Below are positions 45,563-54,247 of a DNA stretch of 64,000 bases, one piece after another. The notes below the pieces were generated by a model that was given only the letters and a program-made list of their open reading frames with translations, searched no databases and was not told where the DNA came from. The translations under genes were made by a program, and so were the position numbers. Source of the DNA: a virus; IMG/VR virus record IMGVR_UViG_3300036791_001907, positions 97,482-161,481 of that record, one strand, 5' to 3'. How positions within the stretch are numbered: position 1 is the first letter of the stretch; each line of letters opens with the position of its first letter.

Positions 45563-46053
45563 TCAACTGTGAGTATATTCCGGGTTACCTGATCCCCTCT
45601 GACCTCGAGCGAATGATCCCGCCCGGGGTTGATCCGGAAGCCTGGGCCCGTGAGCATCTGCGGGCTTCTCCCGGGGCCAAGATCCTGCGTTGGCATCCGG
45701 ACGGCCGCCAGCAGCTCATCCAGGTCGGCACCCTGGTGCCGGCTCATGTACCCACCGGTCTGGCCTGTCACTGGCTGAAGGACGGGCGCTGTACAATCCA
45801 TGCCGTTGCCCCTTTCGGCTGCGCGTTCTTCGACTGCCAGCAGACCCAGGAACACGGTGACGCGCTGTCGTCGCGGGGGATCAACGCGATCATGGAGAGT
45901 CACAGGGACGGTAGCCTGTATTCCAGACTCTGGACTATCTTGTGGGATGCGGAGCTGCGCGCGCCTGCGGCGGAGGAGAAGCGGGCGGCGATGGCCGCGG
46001 CCTGGCGACGGCGGCGGAAGGCGCCGCAGTTGCCGCCGCGAAGGAGGCACTGA
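45499..46053 (+). CDS. YkgJ/CxxCxxCC-like Zn/Fe-chelating protein
   Basis: CTCRACVINC...PG, CHWLKDGRCTIHAVAPFGC. Confidence 0.7.
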   Translation: MPGERVEFGVTRTQCTCRACVINCEYIPGYLIPSDLERMIPPGVDPEAWAREHLRASPGAKILRWHPDGRQQLIQVGTLVPAHVPTGLACHWLKDGRCTIHAVAPFGCAFFDCQQTQEHGDALSSRGINAIMESHRDGSLYSRLWTILWDAELRAPAAEEKRAAMAAAWRRRRKAPQLPPRRRH

Positions 46054-46562
46054 TGGCGAGGAAGAAGTTCGACGATATGGACCAGCCGCTCCCGCGGCCG
46101 GATCCGGTCCACGACCGTGCCACGCACCCAACTGACCCCGACAAGGTCGCGGTTGGTGATATCGTCTGCATCTACAGCTACGCCAAGGTCAAGGAAGTTG
46201 GTTCCAGGGCAGAGTCCCTCACGGTCGAGGATCTGATCCAGGGTGGCGAGTTCACCATTGACGGCCGCGATATGATCGCGGGCGTCGCCTCGGCCGACTA
46301 CTTCGCCGATACCGTGCGGGTCAGCAAGACCCAGATGGCCCGGATCCTGATCACGACCGCCGGCAAGCCGCTGACCGTGGACTTCGTCAAGAAGGACGGC
46401 CAGGAGCGGCGGCTGCGTGGTTACTTCGTGAGCCATGAGGAGATGTTCGGCCGGTCGCTCTGTCTCGATCTTGATGAAAAGAAGGACGACAACCTGCGGC
46501 TGGTCGACCATCGCACCCTCGTGTCCCTGATCGTGGGCGGAGTCCGCTTCCTGCTGACTTAG
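46053..46562 (+). CDS. hypothetical protein with Sm/SH3-like (WYL_2-type) C-terminal domain
   Basis: TVDFVKKDGQERRLRG...D....LRLV; AAGGAGG RBS. Confidence 0.65.
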   Translation: MARKKFDDMDQPLPRPDPVHDRATHPTDPDKVAVGDIVCIYSYAKVKEVGSRAESLTVEDLIQGGEFTIDGRDMIAGVASADYFADTVRVSKTQMARILITTAGKPLTVDFVKKDGQERRLRGYFVSHEEMFGRSLCLDLDEKKDDNLRLVDHRTLVSLIVGGVRFLLT

Positions 46563-46619
46563 GCCCTCCCGTCAACCCTTTGTGATCTTACTAGGAACCC
46601 AGAAACGCAGGAGATTCCC

Positions 46620-47525
46620 TTGAGTATTCTACCGACCATGCCCGAAGCGCCGGCCCGGAACGGGAGATCATCCACTTCGACCAAGAATACTAGGTCGAAG
46701 ACCAGGCCGACGAAAGGCATCAGCCGCGTGACGATCGCCCGCGGCTACCAGGCCGCCGTCGTCAGAGTGACTCCGGAGATTGCCCGGGAGTGGCTCGAGA
46801 ACCACCCGCGCAACCGTCACGAGGTCAAGGCGCTCATTCGCAAGTATGCGCTGACGATGGCGAGTGGGCGCTGGGAGCTCAACGGCGAGACGATCGTCTT
46901 TGACAGGAAGGGAGGCTTGCGCGACGGCCAGCACCGGCTCCTGGCGTGCATCGAGAGCGACACGCCGTTCGATACGTTTGTGGTTTATGGCGTTGAGCCG
47001 TCCACGGCCAAGACCCTGAACACGGGCCGCGCCCGGACGGGTGCCGATGTGCTCTCAATGGAGAACATTCCGTACTTCACAATGGTCGCCGCCATTGCCA
47101 ACTTCCTCTGGCAGAAGGGCGATGGCTCGGCCATCACCGGCGGCCGCCCCGAGCACCCGGCCCTGGTCAAGCTGGTCCATGAACGCCCGGAGCTGATCGA
47201 CGCGGCGCGCGCGACCATGAGTTTTACCTGGCGGCCGATGCGGAATGCGACCTTCGGGTTGCTCTGGTATCTGTGCGGCACGATGTCCAAAAAGGACCGT
47301 GATATCTTCTTTGATCAGCTGGAAAATGGCACTGGACTGGAACGGGGAGACCCAGTTCTGCTGCTTCGGCGACGGCTCGAGGAGACATACCGGGTGCGGG
47401 CGCGGTTCGACCGGGTGGTCATGCTGGCGCTGAGCATCAAAGCCTGGAACGCGCGGCGGGAGAAGAAGTCCATGTCCCAGCTCAGCTGGAAGGCGGATGC
47501 GGAGCCGTTCCCAACAGTGAAGTAG
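46620..47525 (+). CDS. ParB-like N-terminal (DGQHR) domain protein
   Basis: VTPEIAREWL..RNR, M..GRW..NGETI.F...G.L.DGQHRL.A. Confidence 0.8.
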   Translation: MSILPTMPEAPARNGRSSTSTKNTRSKTRPTKGISRVTIARGYQAAVVRVTPEIAREWLENHPRNRHEVKALIRKYALTMASGRWELNGETIVFDRKGGLRDGQHRLLACIESDTPFDTFVVYGVEPSTAKTLNTGRARTGADVLSMENIPYFTMVAAIANFLWQKGDGSAITGGRPEHPALVKLVHERPELIDAARATMSFTWRPMRNATFGLLWYLCGTMSKKDRDIFFDQLENGTGLERGDPVLLLRRRLEETYRVRARFDRVVMLALSIKAWNARREKKSMSQLSWKADAEPFPTVK

Positions 47526-47557
47526 GCGGGCTCCTGACGGCCCGTGGGGAGGATACC

Positions 47558-47911
47558 ATGTGGCATTGGTTACGGGGACTTGTACGGTGGTTCGTTGATC
47601 TCGATGACATCATGAAAGACGAGCACCAGTTCGAGCCGGCCATCAGCCTCCGAGCGGATGATGGCCGGCTCGGCGTTTTGCGCTGCGTGAAGTGCGGTTA
47701 CTGCACTTACCCCGGATCGAACGATGACCCACCGTGCGTGCCCCGGGCGCACGAGTGGGTGCCGGTTCAGGTGTTCCAGTGGGAGCACCTGGCACTGGCC
47801 AACAAGCTACCCAAGCCGCTCGAGTGCGCTCGCTGCGGCGCCCACGCTTCGACCCGCGACGACTGGGAAAAGTTTGGCTGTCCCGGTCGGCGCCGGGAGG
47901 ACGAACCATGA
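47558..47911 (+). CDS. small Cys/His-repeat zinc-binding protein
   Basis: Two H.x...CxxCG...C units; GGAGG RBS. Confidence 0.6.
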   Translation: MWHWLRGLVRWFVDLDDIMKDEHQFEPAISLRADDGRLGVLRCVKCGYCTYPGSNDDPPCVPRAHEWVPVQVFQWEHLALANKLPKPLECARCGAHASTRDDWEKFGCPGRRREDEP

Positions 47912-48639
47912 AGTATGCCGACGAACAGCTGGTCCGTCCCCAGCATGAAAACGGCTGCGACTACGGTCACGGCCGGCGCTCGGTCCTGGTCCGGAACGGC
48001 AAGAAGCAGCTCCTGCACATCGCCGGTTCCAAGCACTGGGGCGGCATCGGCGCCGAGCGCTGCTACAGTCAGTCGGAGATCGTGCTTTACCCAGTCGAGA
48101 AGGAGATCGGCAAGCAGAAGACCCTGACTGAAGGCCGCATGACGCCTCAGAAGTGGGCCGAGAGCGCCGAGGCGATCTTTGCGCACCTTGGCGCGCGGTT
48201 TCCTATCGAGCTGATCGACCTGAAGCACACACTCCTGCTTGACGAACCGGGCGACGTCGACGGGCCGCCGCCGCGCGTTCCCGGCTCGAAGCGGGTCCAT
48301 CCCAGGATCGAGAGTGCGCATATCGTCCGTATTTTCATCGACGATGATCTGACGTATCGGTTCGCCGAGCACCCCATCCTCAAGCAGGGTGGGGGCAAGA
48401 TCACTTATCAGACCCCGGCTGGCCATGAACGCGAACGGCGGACCAAGGATCTGATCCTTGATGGCTACGCTGGTGATCGCGATGGGGCAGTCGCCGCGTT
48501 CTTGCAGATCTACGAGGAACAGGTCGCCGAGGCCAGGGGGCGGCTGGAGCGGGCCGCGCACCATTTCGTCTACACCGATGACCGGCTGGCCGAGGCCAAA
48601 CAGAAGATCGAGATCCTGCTTAGGGAGTTGACGCAATGA
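47908..48639 (+). CDS. hypothetical protein
   Basis: GGAGG RBS; ATGA overlap. Confidence 0.7.
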   Translation: MKYADEQLVRPQHENGCDYGHGRRSVLVRNGKKQLLHIAGSKHWGGIGAERCYSQSEIVLYPVEKEIGKQKTLTEGRMTPQKWAESAEAIFAHLGARFPIELIDLKHTLLLDEPGDVDGPPPRVPGSKRVHPRIESAHIVRIFIDDDLTYRFAEHPILKQGGGKITYQTPAGHERERRTKDLILDGYAGDRDGAVAAFLQIYEEQVAEARGRLERAAHHFVYTDDRLAEAKQKIEILLRELTQ

Positions 48640-48887
48640 TCAAGTGTGTTGGTCACAGCGCCGCGGGTGTTCCCGCGCTGATGCTGGGTCTGACTGACGG
48701 CAACCTGGAACTGTTGCGGAGCGGGCAGCCGATCCTGCTCGAGCTGACCGGCCTGGGTTTGCCATGGGGGGAGGGAGTGATCGCGATCTTCCACGGCAAA
48801 ACTACGGCCGACATTGAGCAGATGCTGCGGGAAAATGGCATGATCACGCCGGAGACACAGATCAAGCGCGAGGAACAGGGAACTTGA
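48636..48887 (+). CDS. hypothetical protein
   Basis: ATGA overlap; LGLTDGNLELL..GQPI. Confidence 0.65.
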   Translation: MIKCVGHSAAGVPALMLGLTDGNLELLRSGQPILLELTGLGLPWGEGVIAIFHGKTTADIEQMLRENGMITPETQIKREEQGT

Positions 48888-48917
48888 ACTCAGGATCATC
48901 AAGGAGCCCGAGGAGAA

Positions 48918-49271
48918 GTGATGAGCGGCTACATCGACGACAGCGGGGAGTGGGTCCGCCGTAAGGCGACCGCCGAGGGCGGGCATGCTCGCTCATACAA
49001 CGAACTGGCGCGCCGTGAGTATCGCATGATCCTGGCGGAGCGGGCCCGGGAATTCGCGACGCGGTTCCCGGACGGGTGGTGGATCCAGCTGCCAGGCCAG
49101 CGGATCCAGATCATCAACCTCGCGCTGGGCCAGCAGGCCGACACGCAGATCGTCCGTTACCACGTCGCCGGCGACCATACCGTGTCCGGGTCGCGGCGCA
49201 TCCACCGGATGCCGCTCACGCCCTTTCTCAAGATGGTGGGCGCCGCCAAGGCTGTGGAGTCAGCGGTATGA
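48918..49271 (+). CDS. hypothetical protein
   Basis: GAGGAG RBS. Confidence 0.6.
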   Translation: MMSGYIDDSGEWVRRKATAEGGHARSYNELARREYRMILAERAREFATRFPDGWWIQLPGQRIQIINLALGQQADTQIVRYHVAGDHTVSGSRRIHRMPLTPFLKMVGAAKAVESAV

Positions 49272-49546
49272 AGCTCGAACTCAAGGTCAGTAAGGAGCTT
49301 GAGGACATCTCCGATGACCAGAACGGGGGCTGTTTTCTCGGTCTGGTCGAGATCTGCGGCGCCCCGCATCATCTGCAATTGCTCCGTGTCTGTGAGGACG
49401 GGGACGGCGTGCAGGTGGCTGCGGATCCGGAGTACCAGGGCGCCTATGAAGAGCTTCAGGTGCTCTATGCCGGGAAGTACTTGACCTTCGAGATCCCCGG
49501 TCTAGCGGGCCAGTACATCGCGTTCATGCACCCCAGTGAGGATTGA
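49268..49546 (+). CDS. hypothetical protein
   Basis: ATGA overlap. Confidence 0.6.
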   Translation: MKLELKVSKELEDISDDQNGGCFLGLVEICGAPHHLQLLRVCEDGDGVQVAADPEYQGAYEELQVLYAGKYLTFEIPGLAGQYIAFMHPSED

Positions 49547-49552
49547 TCTGCG

Positions 49553-49816
49553 GTGACGCCCAATGATGTTTTCGTGCAGGAGATGGGCCACGTCAAGACG
49601 GATCTTGGTTCCCTCCTCTACATCCGCATCCGCCGCGAGAATTATGGTCCACTGTCCTGGCGCCAGGCCTGGGAGGTCTTCCGCAGGCGCTACCCGGGGC
49701 AGTGGGCCGTGCAGTTCTTCCCGCCGGCCGGTGATCTCGTCGACGATGAAGATATCTTTCATCTTTACGTCCTCGACTTCGTTCCGACCGGCGTCAACAT
49801 CAACAGGAGACATTGA
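49553..49816 (+). CDS. small phage protein (LSW...A.QFFP...LVD....HL type)
   Basis: Motif pattern common in phage accessory genes; GAGG RBS. Confidence 0.65.
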   Translation: MTPNDVFVQEMGHVKTDLGSLLYIRIRRENYGPLSWRQAWEVFRRRYPGQWAVQFFPPAGDLVDDEDIFHLYVLDFVPTGVNINRRH

Positions 49817-50376
49817 TGTCCAAGAAGCACAAACAGGAGCTGAGGAGAGGCCACGCTGCGCTGGCGAAAGAGCCGGCGTATCTGGCCGAGATCGGCCGGT
49901 TGATGCAGGCGCTCAGGCAGATCGATCATCTGCTGGGCTACGCCATTGATGTCAACATCTGCAAGGGCATTCGCGGCATGACCGATGGCGAGGCGATCAA
50001 GGAGATCGATGAATACCTCGAAGGGATCAACGATCTGTGCAAGGCGGCGCTGGGTCCGGTGGTCCCTCTTTACACGCACAACGAACACGCCATTCCGCCC
50101 GGGATGATGCCCTCGATCCTGCGCTACGTCGATGATGGACTGCCGGTCGGTGACTTCCTGCGGGCGGTCATCAGCAACGACCTGATGGGCTCGGTCGGCC
50201 GCGGTGACGATATCAACGTCAAGAACCTGCCGGCCTTTTGCGCCTACTTCCATAACCATGCACCCGCAGAGTGCCATGGTTCTCAGGAGCGGTACAAGGC
50301 GTGGATCCGGAAGCACGAGACACAGGAGAATACGCCGGAAGTTGAACCATGGGAACCCGTGGAGGAACCATGCTGA
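49816..50376 (+). CDS. hypothetical phage protein
   Basis: RYV..G.P.GDFLRAVISNDL...A.D..N...HGS motif. Confidence 0.7.
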   Translation: MSKKHKQELRRGHAALAKEPAYLAEIGRLMQALRQIDHLLGYAIDVNICKGIRGMTDGEAIKEIDEYLEGINDLCKAALGPVVPLYTHNEHAIPPGMMPSILRYVDDGLPVGDFLRAVISNDLMGSVGRGDDINVKNLPAFCAYFHNHAPAECHGSQERYKAWIRKHETQENTPEVEPWEPVEEPC

Positions 50377-50639
50377 TCCCCGAGCCTGGTAAAATGACGC
50401 CGGAGCTGAAGTTCAGTCTTACCCATCTTGAAGCCGTGGACCTGATCGCCGCCGTCGAGCGGATCGAGCGCTTCGGCCGGGGCCAGAACAAATACCGCGC
50501 TGCGGACACACTCAACTATGCCCTGCGCGAGGAACAGGCGCAGTACGTTGGTGCGGCACGCGAACTGGCGAACTTCTTCAGGGAGATCATTGAGGATCGA
50601 AAGGAGGTGACCGTGTCGAAAGCCGAGTCCAAGATCTGA
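50370..50639 (+). CDS. hypothetical protein
   Basis: GGAGG RBS. Confidence 0.65.
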   Translation: MLIPEPGKMTPELKFSLTHLEAVDLIAAVERIERFGRGQNKYRAADTLNYALREEQAQYVGAARELANFFREIIEDRKEVTVSKAESKI

Positions 50640-50681
50640 AGCAAACCCGTTACACTGTCTGGCCGATCAGGCCGGACGGTC

Positions 50682-50735
50682 GCTGAAAAAAGAGGCTGCT
50701 GGGGCAAACGGGTGTAGCGGCCCCGGTCCGCGGCC
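50682..50735 (-). terminator. terminator-like hairpin oriented for the minus strand
   Basis: A6 run then GGCTGC-TGGGGC/GCCCCG-GCGGCC stem; reads hairpin-T6-CAGCG on minus. Confidence 0.4.
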
Positions 50736-50832
50736 ATGCGCCGCGAGACAGAAACTCGGGCTGCTACATCCGCCCAGCTTTGACCTCGAGTACGCGAACG
50801 GGTCGGCCGTGGTCTGCCTGGAGACCGCAGCC

Positions 50833-51759
50833 ATGCCGAAGATCAGGTATGTTGAGAAGAAGTTGTCGGCGGATCGCCTTGCCGTCATCGACAGGGCGAA
50901 CGAGATCATCGAGGAGTACCAGGCACAGGGCTTCGACTTGACTCTCCGCCAGTTGTATTACCAGTTCGTTGCGCGTGGATACATCCCCAACAAGGACACC
51001 GAATACAAGAAGCTCGGCGACGTGATCGCCGACGGCCGCCTGGCGGGCCTGATCGACTGGGAAGCGATCACCGATCGCACCCGCAACCTGCGGCAGAACC
51101 CGCATTGGGACTCGCCGGCCGACATCATGGACTCGGCGGCCTCTTCCTTCCAGTACGACAAATGGGAGGATCAACCCTACCGCATTGAGGCATGGATCGA
51201 GAAAGATGCACTTGTTGGCATCCTGGAGTCGGCTTGCGAGCCTCTGGACGTGCCCTACTTCTCCTGTCGGGGATACACCTCGATCAGCGAGATCTGGTCG
51301 GCCGCGATGCGGCTCAAGAAATGGAAGCGGAAGGGTCAGAAGATCTTGATCCTGCACCTGGGCGACCACGACCCGTCGGGGATCGACATGAGCCGGGACA
51401 TTGTCGACCGGCTCAAGGTCTTCGGCGTCACGATCGAGTTCGCGAGGCTGGCCCTGAACATGGACCAGGTCGAGACCTACCATCCGCCGCCCAACCCGGC
51501 CAAGGTCACCGACGCCCGCTTCAAGGGCTACCAGGAGATCCACGGAGATGAGTCCTGGGAACTCGACGCTCTGGACCCGGCCGTGCTCATGACCCTGATC
51601 CAGGACGCCATCATCGCGCATCGCAACAATACTGCCTGGAATACGGCAGTCGAGCGCGAGGAGGACGCCAAGGCCCGGCTGGGCAAGGCGGCCAGGCACT
51701 GGAACGAGATCAGCGGGACTCTGGACGACTACGAGGACGAGGAGGCCGAAGATGAGTGA
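50833..51759 (+). CDS. Topoisomerase VI subunit A/Spo11-like wHTH-TOPRIM protein
   Basis: LTLRQLYY, WIEKDAL, RGYTS, LGDHDPSGIDM, WELDAL. Confidence 0.82.
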   Translation: MPKIRYVEKKLSADRLAVIDRANEIIEEYQAQGFDLTLRQLYYQFVARGYIPNKDTEYKKLGDVIADGRLAGLIDWEAITDRTRNLRQNPHWDSPADIMDSAASSFQYDKWEDQPYRIEAWIEKDALVGILESACEPLDVPYFSCRGYTSISEIWSAAMRLKKWKRKGQKILILHLGDHDPSGIDMSRDIVDRLKVFGVTIEFARLALNMDQVETYHPPPNPAKVTDARFKGYQEIHGDESWELDALDPAVLMTLIQDAIIAHRNNTAWNTAVEREEDAKARLGKAARHWNEISGTLDDYEDEEAEDE

Positions 51760-52021
51760 GCCGAGGCGACTGGTCAATATCCAGTTTCAGCGTTACCGTC
51801 CCCAGACGGTGACGCTGGTTGTGTCCCTTCCCGAGGACTGGACCGACGAGCAGATCAAGGCATCGTTGTCCGAGATCTACGAGGAGGTCGACTGCGCCAG
51901 CCACGACTGGGTCGACCAGGATGACTGGGATCCCGACGAGGGCGATCACGAGCTGGCCGGCGAGGCCGAACCCATGGCCCGCCCCGACCTGGTCTTTCCG
52001 GTGGAAGACGACGATGAATAG
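51752..52021 (+). CDS. small acidic protein
   Basis: GGAGG RBS; overlap coupling. Confidence 0.6.
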   Translation: MSEPRRLVNIQFQRYRPQTVTLVVSLPEDWTDEQIKASLSEIYEEVDCASHDWVDQDDWDPDEGDHELAGEAEPMARPDLVFPVEDDDE

Positions 52022-52520
52022 CCCTACCGCCATCACGTTGATGCTGGGCGTCAGCGGCGGCGGCGACTTCGGACCATTCTTTGCCGCCGTGACGCTGGAC
52101 AGGATCGCCGTCGAGATGCTGCTGCATCGCGCTGATGTCTTCCGGGCAGCGCACAGGTTGGACGACAAGCTGTACATGACCACTTACTTCGACTACAGCC
52201 CGGAGTTCTACGAGTCCAACTGGGACAATGCCGAGGACTTCGGCACGCCCGAGCAGGTCGCAAGGGTCAAGGCGATCTTTGAGGACGGGGACTATCCGGA
52301 CAACGCAGAGACCCCTCCCCGGGATGCCCCCGATGATCTGCCTGAAGGCAATGTCCGGGTCGACTACAGCAAGCTGATCGTCGCGGGCTCCATGTCCCAG
52401 CTGCGGCCGGGTCAGGTCGACTACAACTGGGTCGCCAGCATCAAGCATACGGATATCGAGATCGAGACCAGCGAGCTGAAGGAAGAGGACATCAGGGCCC
52501 TGCTGGGCCGGCTGGCCTGA
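52014..52520 (+). CDS. hypothetical protein
   Basis: Overlap coupling; typical codon usage. Confidence 0.65.
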   Translation: MNSPTAITLMLGVSGGGDFGPFFAAVTLDRIAVEMLLHRADVFRAAHRLDDKLYMTTYFDYSPEFYESNWDNAEDFGTPEQVARVKAIFEDGDYPDNAETPPRDAPDDLPEGNVRVDYSKLIVAGSMSQLRPGQVDYNWVASIKHTDIEIETSELKEEDIRALLGRLA

Positions 52521-52555
52521 CTACGACGGAGCCGGCTGGAGCACTTCCGGCCGGC

Positions 52556-52572
52556 CGTTACGCTGCGTAACG
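52556..52572. promoter_or_regulatory. 17-bp palindrome CGTTACGCTGCGTAACG
   Basis: Identical to 11744-11760; immediately upstream of an RBS. Confidence 0.7.
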
Positions 52573-52580
52573 AGGATCCC

Positions 52581-52814
52581 ATGGCCAAGACGACCTTCAG
52601 GGACATCGCCGACGCCGAGGGCCGGCCACACATGCGCTCAGCGACCTATGCGCTGTTCGGCCGTTCCTTCTGTCGCATCACCTGCCCGTTCTGTGGCGCG
52701 CGGGTCAAGGCCTACGTCTGGTCGCTTGCCGGCGGTGGCAAGCGCTGTCCTTGCGGTGCTCTGCACGGTAACTTCGGGATGACCTACAAGAAGTCCGAGG
52801 ACCAGGGAGCTTAG
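52581..52814 (+). CDS. small Zn-ribbon protein
   Basis: CPFC...WSLAGGGKRCPCG. Confidence 0.7.
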   Translation: MAKTTFRDIADAEGRPHMRSATYALFGRSFCRITCPFCGARVKAYVWSLAGGGKRCPCGALHGNFGMTYKKSEDQGA

Positions 52815-52818
52815 ATCC

Positions 52819-53538
52819 ATGGCATGGAAACCGCTCATCCCCGAAGGTGTCTCGCCGGCCCAGCGGCTCGACATTCTGGCGCTCCACTGCGACGATACGC
52901 TCCGCGCCACGCGGAGCCTGAAGGAGCTGACGGCCGACTGGAAGTTCTTCACGATCGGCTGCATCTATACCTACGGCGGTCTCGACTACAACATCCTGCT
53001 CGAGTACTCCCAGAACCATCCGGATCCTGACTTCGCCGTGCTGTCGCTCTGCGCGCAGCGGCCGCTCTTCACCGGCATGTGTCCGCCGGGCTGGCCGGAC
53101 AAGGACAGGCGGCTCGAGCATGAACTCTGCGCCACGCCGCTGGAATACTGGGAGGGTTTGCGGGACTGGATCGCCCAGATTGGCCTCGTGGACCGCAAGC
53201 GGGGCCGCTACGCCCAGGCAACCATGCAGGACCTGGAGATCGTCGACAACCTGGCCGTGGACAATGCGATCGTGGCGTCGTCCCGGCCGCCGACGATCAC
53301 GATCGCGGCATTCGGGATCGACGGCACCCATTACCACATCGGCTTCGCGTCGCGCACGGCCGGTCCGCACGACACGGCCGCCGTCATCAAGTTGCCCATT
53401 CGTGACGAGACGCGGCGGGTCGGGCGGGCGCTCCTGGCCGGCGATCCGGGGCCGCTCATGGGGACCCTGGAGCTGAAGCCCGCCAACCCGGCTGATGTTG
53501 CCCAGAAGATCAGGGAGGCCGAGGAGAAGATCCGATGA
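52819..53538 (+). CDS. hypothetical protein
   Basis: GGGAG RBS; ORF. Confidence 0.7.
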   Translation: MAWKPLIPEGVSPAQRLDILALHCDDTLRATRSLKELTADWKFFTIGCIYTYGGLDYNILLEYSQNHPDPDFAVLSLCAQRPLFTGMCPPGWPDKDRRLEHELCATPLEYWEGLRDWIAQIGLVDRKRGRYAQATMQDLEIVDNLAVDNAIVASSRPPTITIAAFGIDGTHYHIGFASRTAGPHDTAAVIKLPIRDETRRVGRALLAGDPGPLMGTLELKPANPADVAQKIREAEEKIR

Positions 53539-54092
53539 GCGCCGAGACGCAAACACTGAATGGGTCCGCTGATACCACGGAATATGCCGAGATAGTCGAA
53601 ATGTTGCGCCATGCCCTGACCGGCCAGCCGGGGCTGATCCTGGACGCGCTGCTGGCCGCGCTCCAGCGCGCCAAGGATGTGCTTCAGCTGCCGCCGGCCC
53701 AGCTCTACGCCGTGACCACGCCTGATGGCGAGGAGATGGCCATCGAGGCCGTCGACTCGATGGCGGCGCTGCTCGAACGCTGGCGTGATGTCTACAAGAA
53801 GGGCGGTCAGGTTGCCGGTTTCCAGGGTGCGCTGCTCCTGCCATCCAAGGACGGCCAGTACCTGGTCGCCCCCTGGGGCCGGTTTCCGATCCATGCGCAG
53901 GATCCGACCGCCGAGGTTGACCTGCGTGGCCGTCTTGGTCCGGTTCCCATCCCCCGGCCGCCCGTTGTGGCCGAACCCGGTCCGGCAGTTGTGGCTGATC
54001 CTGATGTGGAACTTGAGGATCCGGAAGACGACGAATTCGAGGACGAAGGCGCCGACGATGACGACGGCGATGACGAGGTTGACGACAGCTGA
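53535..54092 (+). CDS. hypothetical protein with acidic tail
   Basis: ATGA overlap. Confidence 0.7.
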   Translation: MSAETQTLNGSADTTEYAEIVEMLRHALTGQPGLILDALLAALQRAKDVLQLPPAQLYAVTTPDGEEMAIEAVDSMAALLERWRDVYKKGGQVAGFQGALLLPSKDGQYLVAPWGRFPIHAQDPTAEVDLRGRLGPVPIPRPPVVAEPGPAVVADPDVELEDPEDDEFEDEGADDDDGDDEVDDS

Positions 54093-54247
54093 AGATCGGT
54101 GCGAAAACCTGTCATCTATCAATGCACCTACGGTCTCCCTGGGCGTGTCCGGGAGATCAAACCTCAAGTGAAAGGAAAAACTACGGCAAGCGCGAGGTCA
54201 TCGCGAATGACCTCGACACTGGATGGTAGCAACGGGAGGATCCTGTC

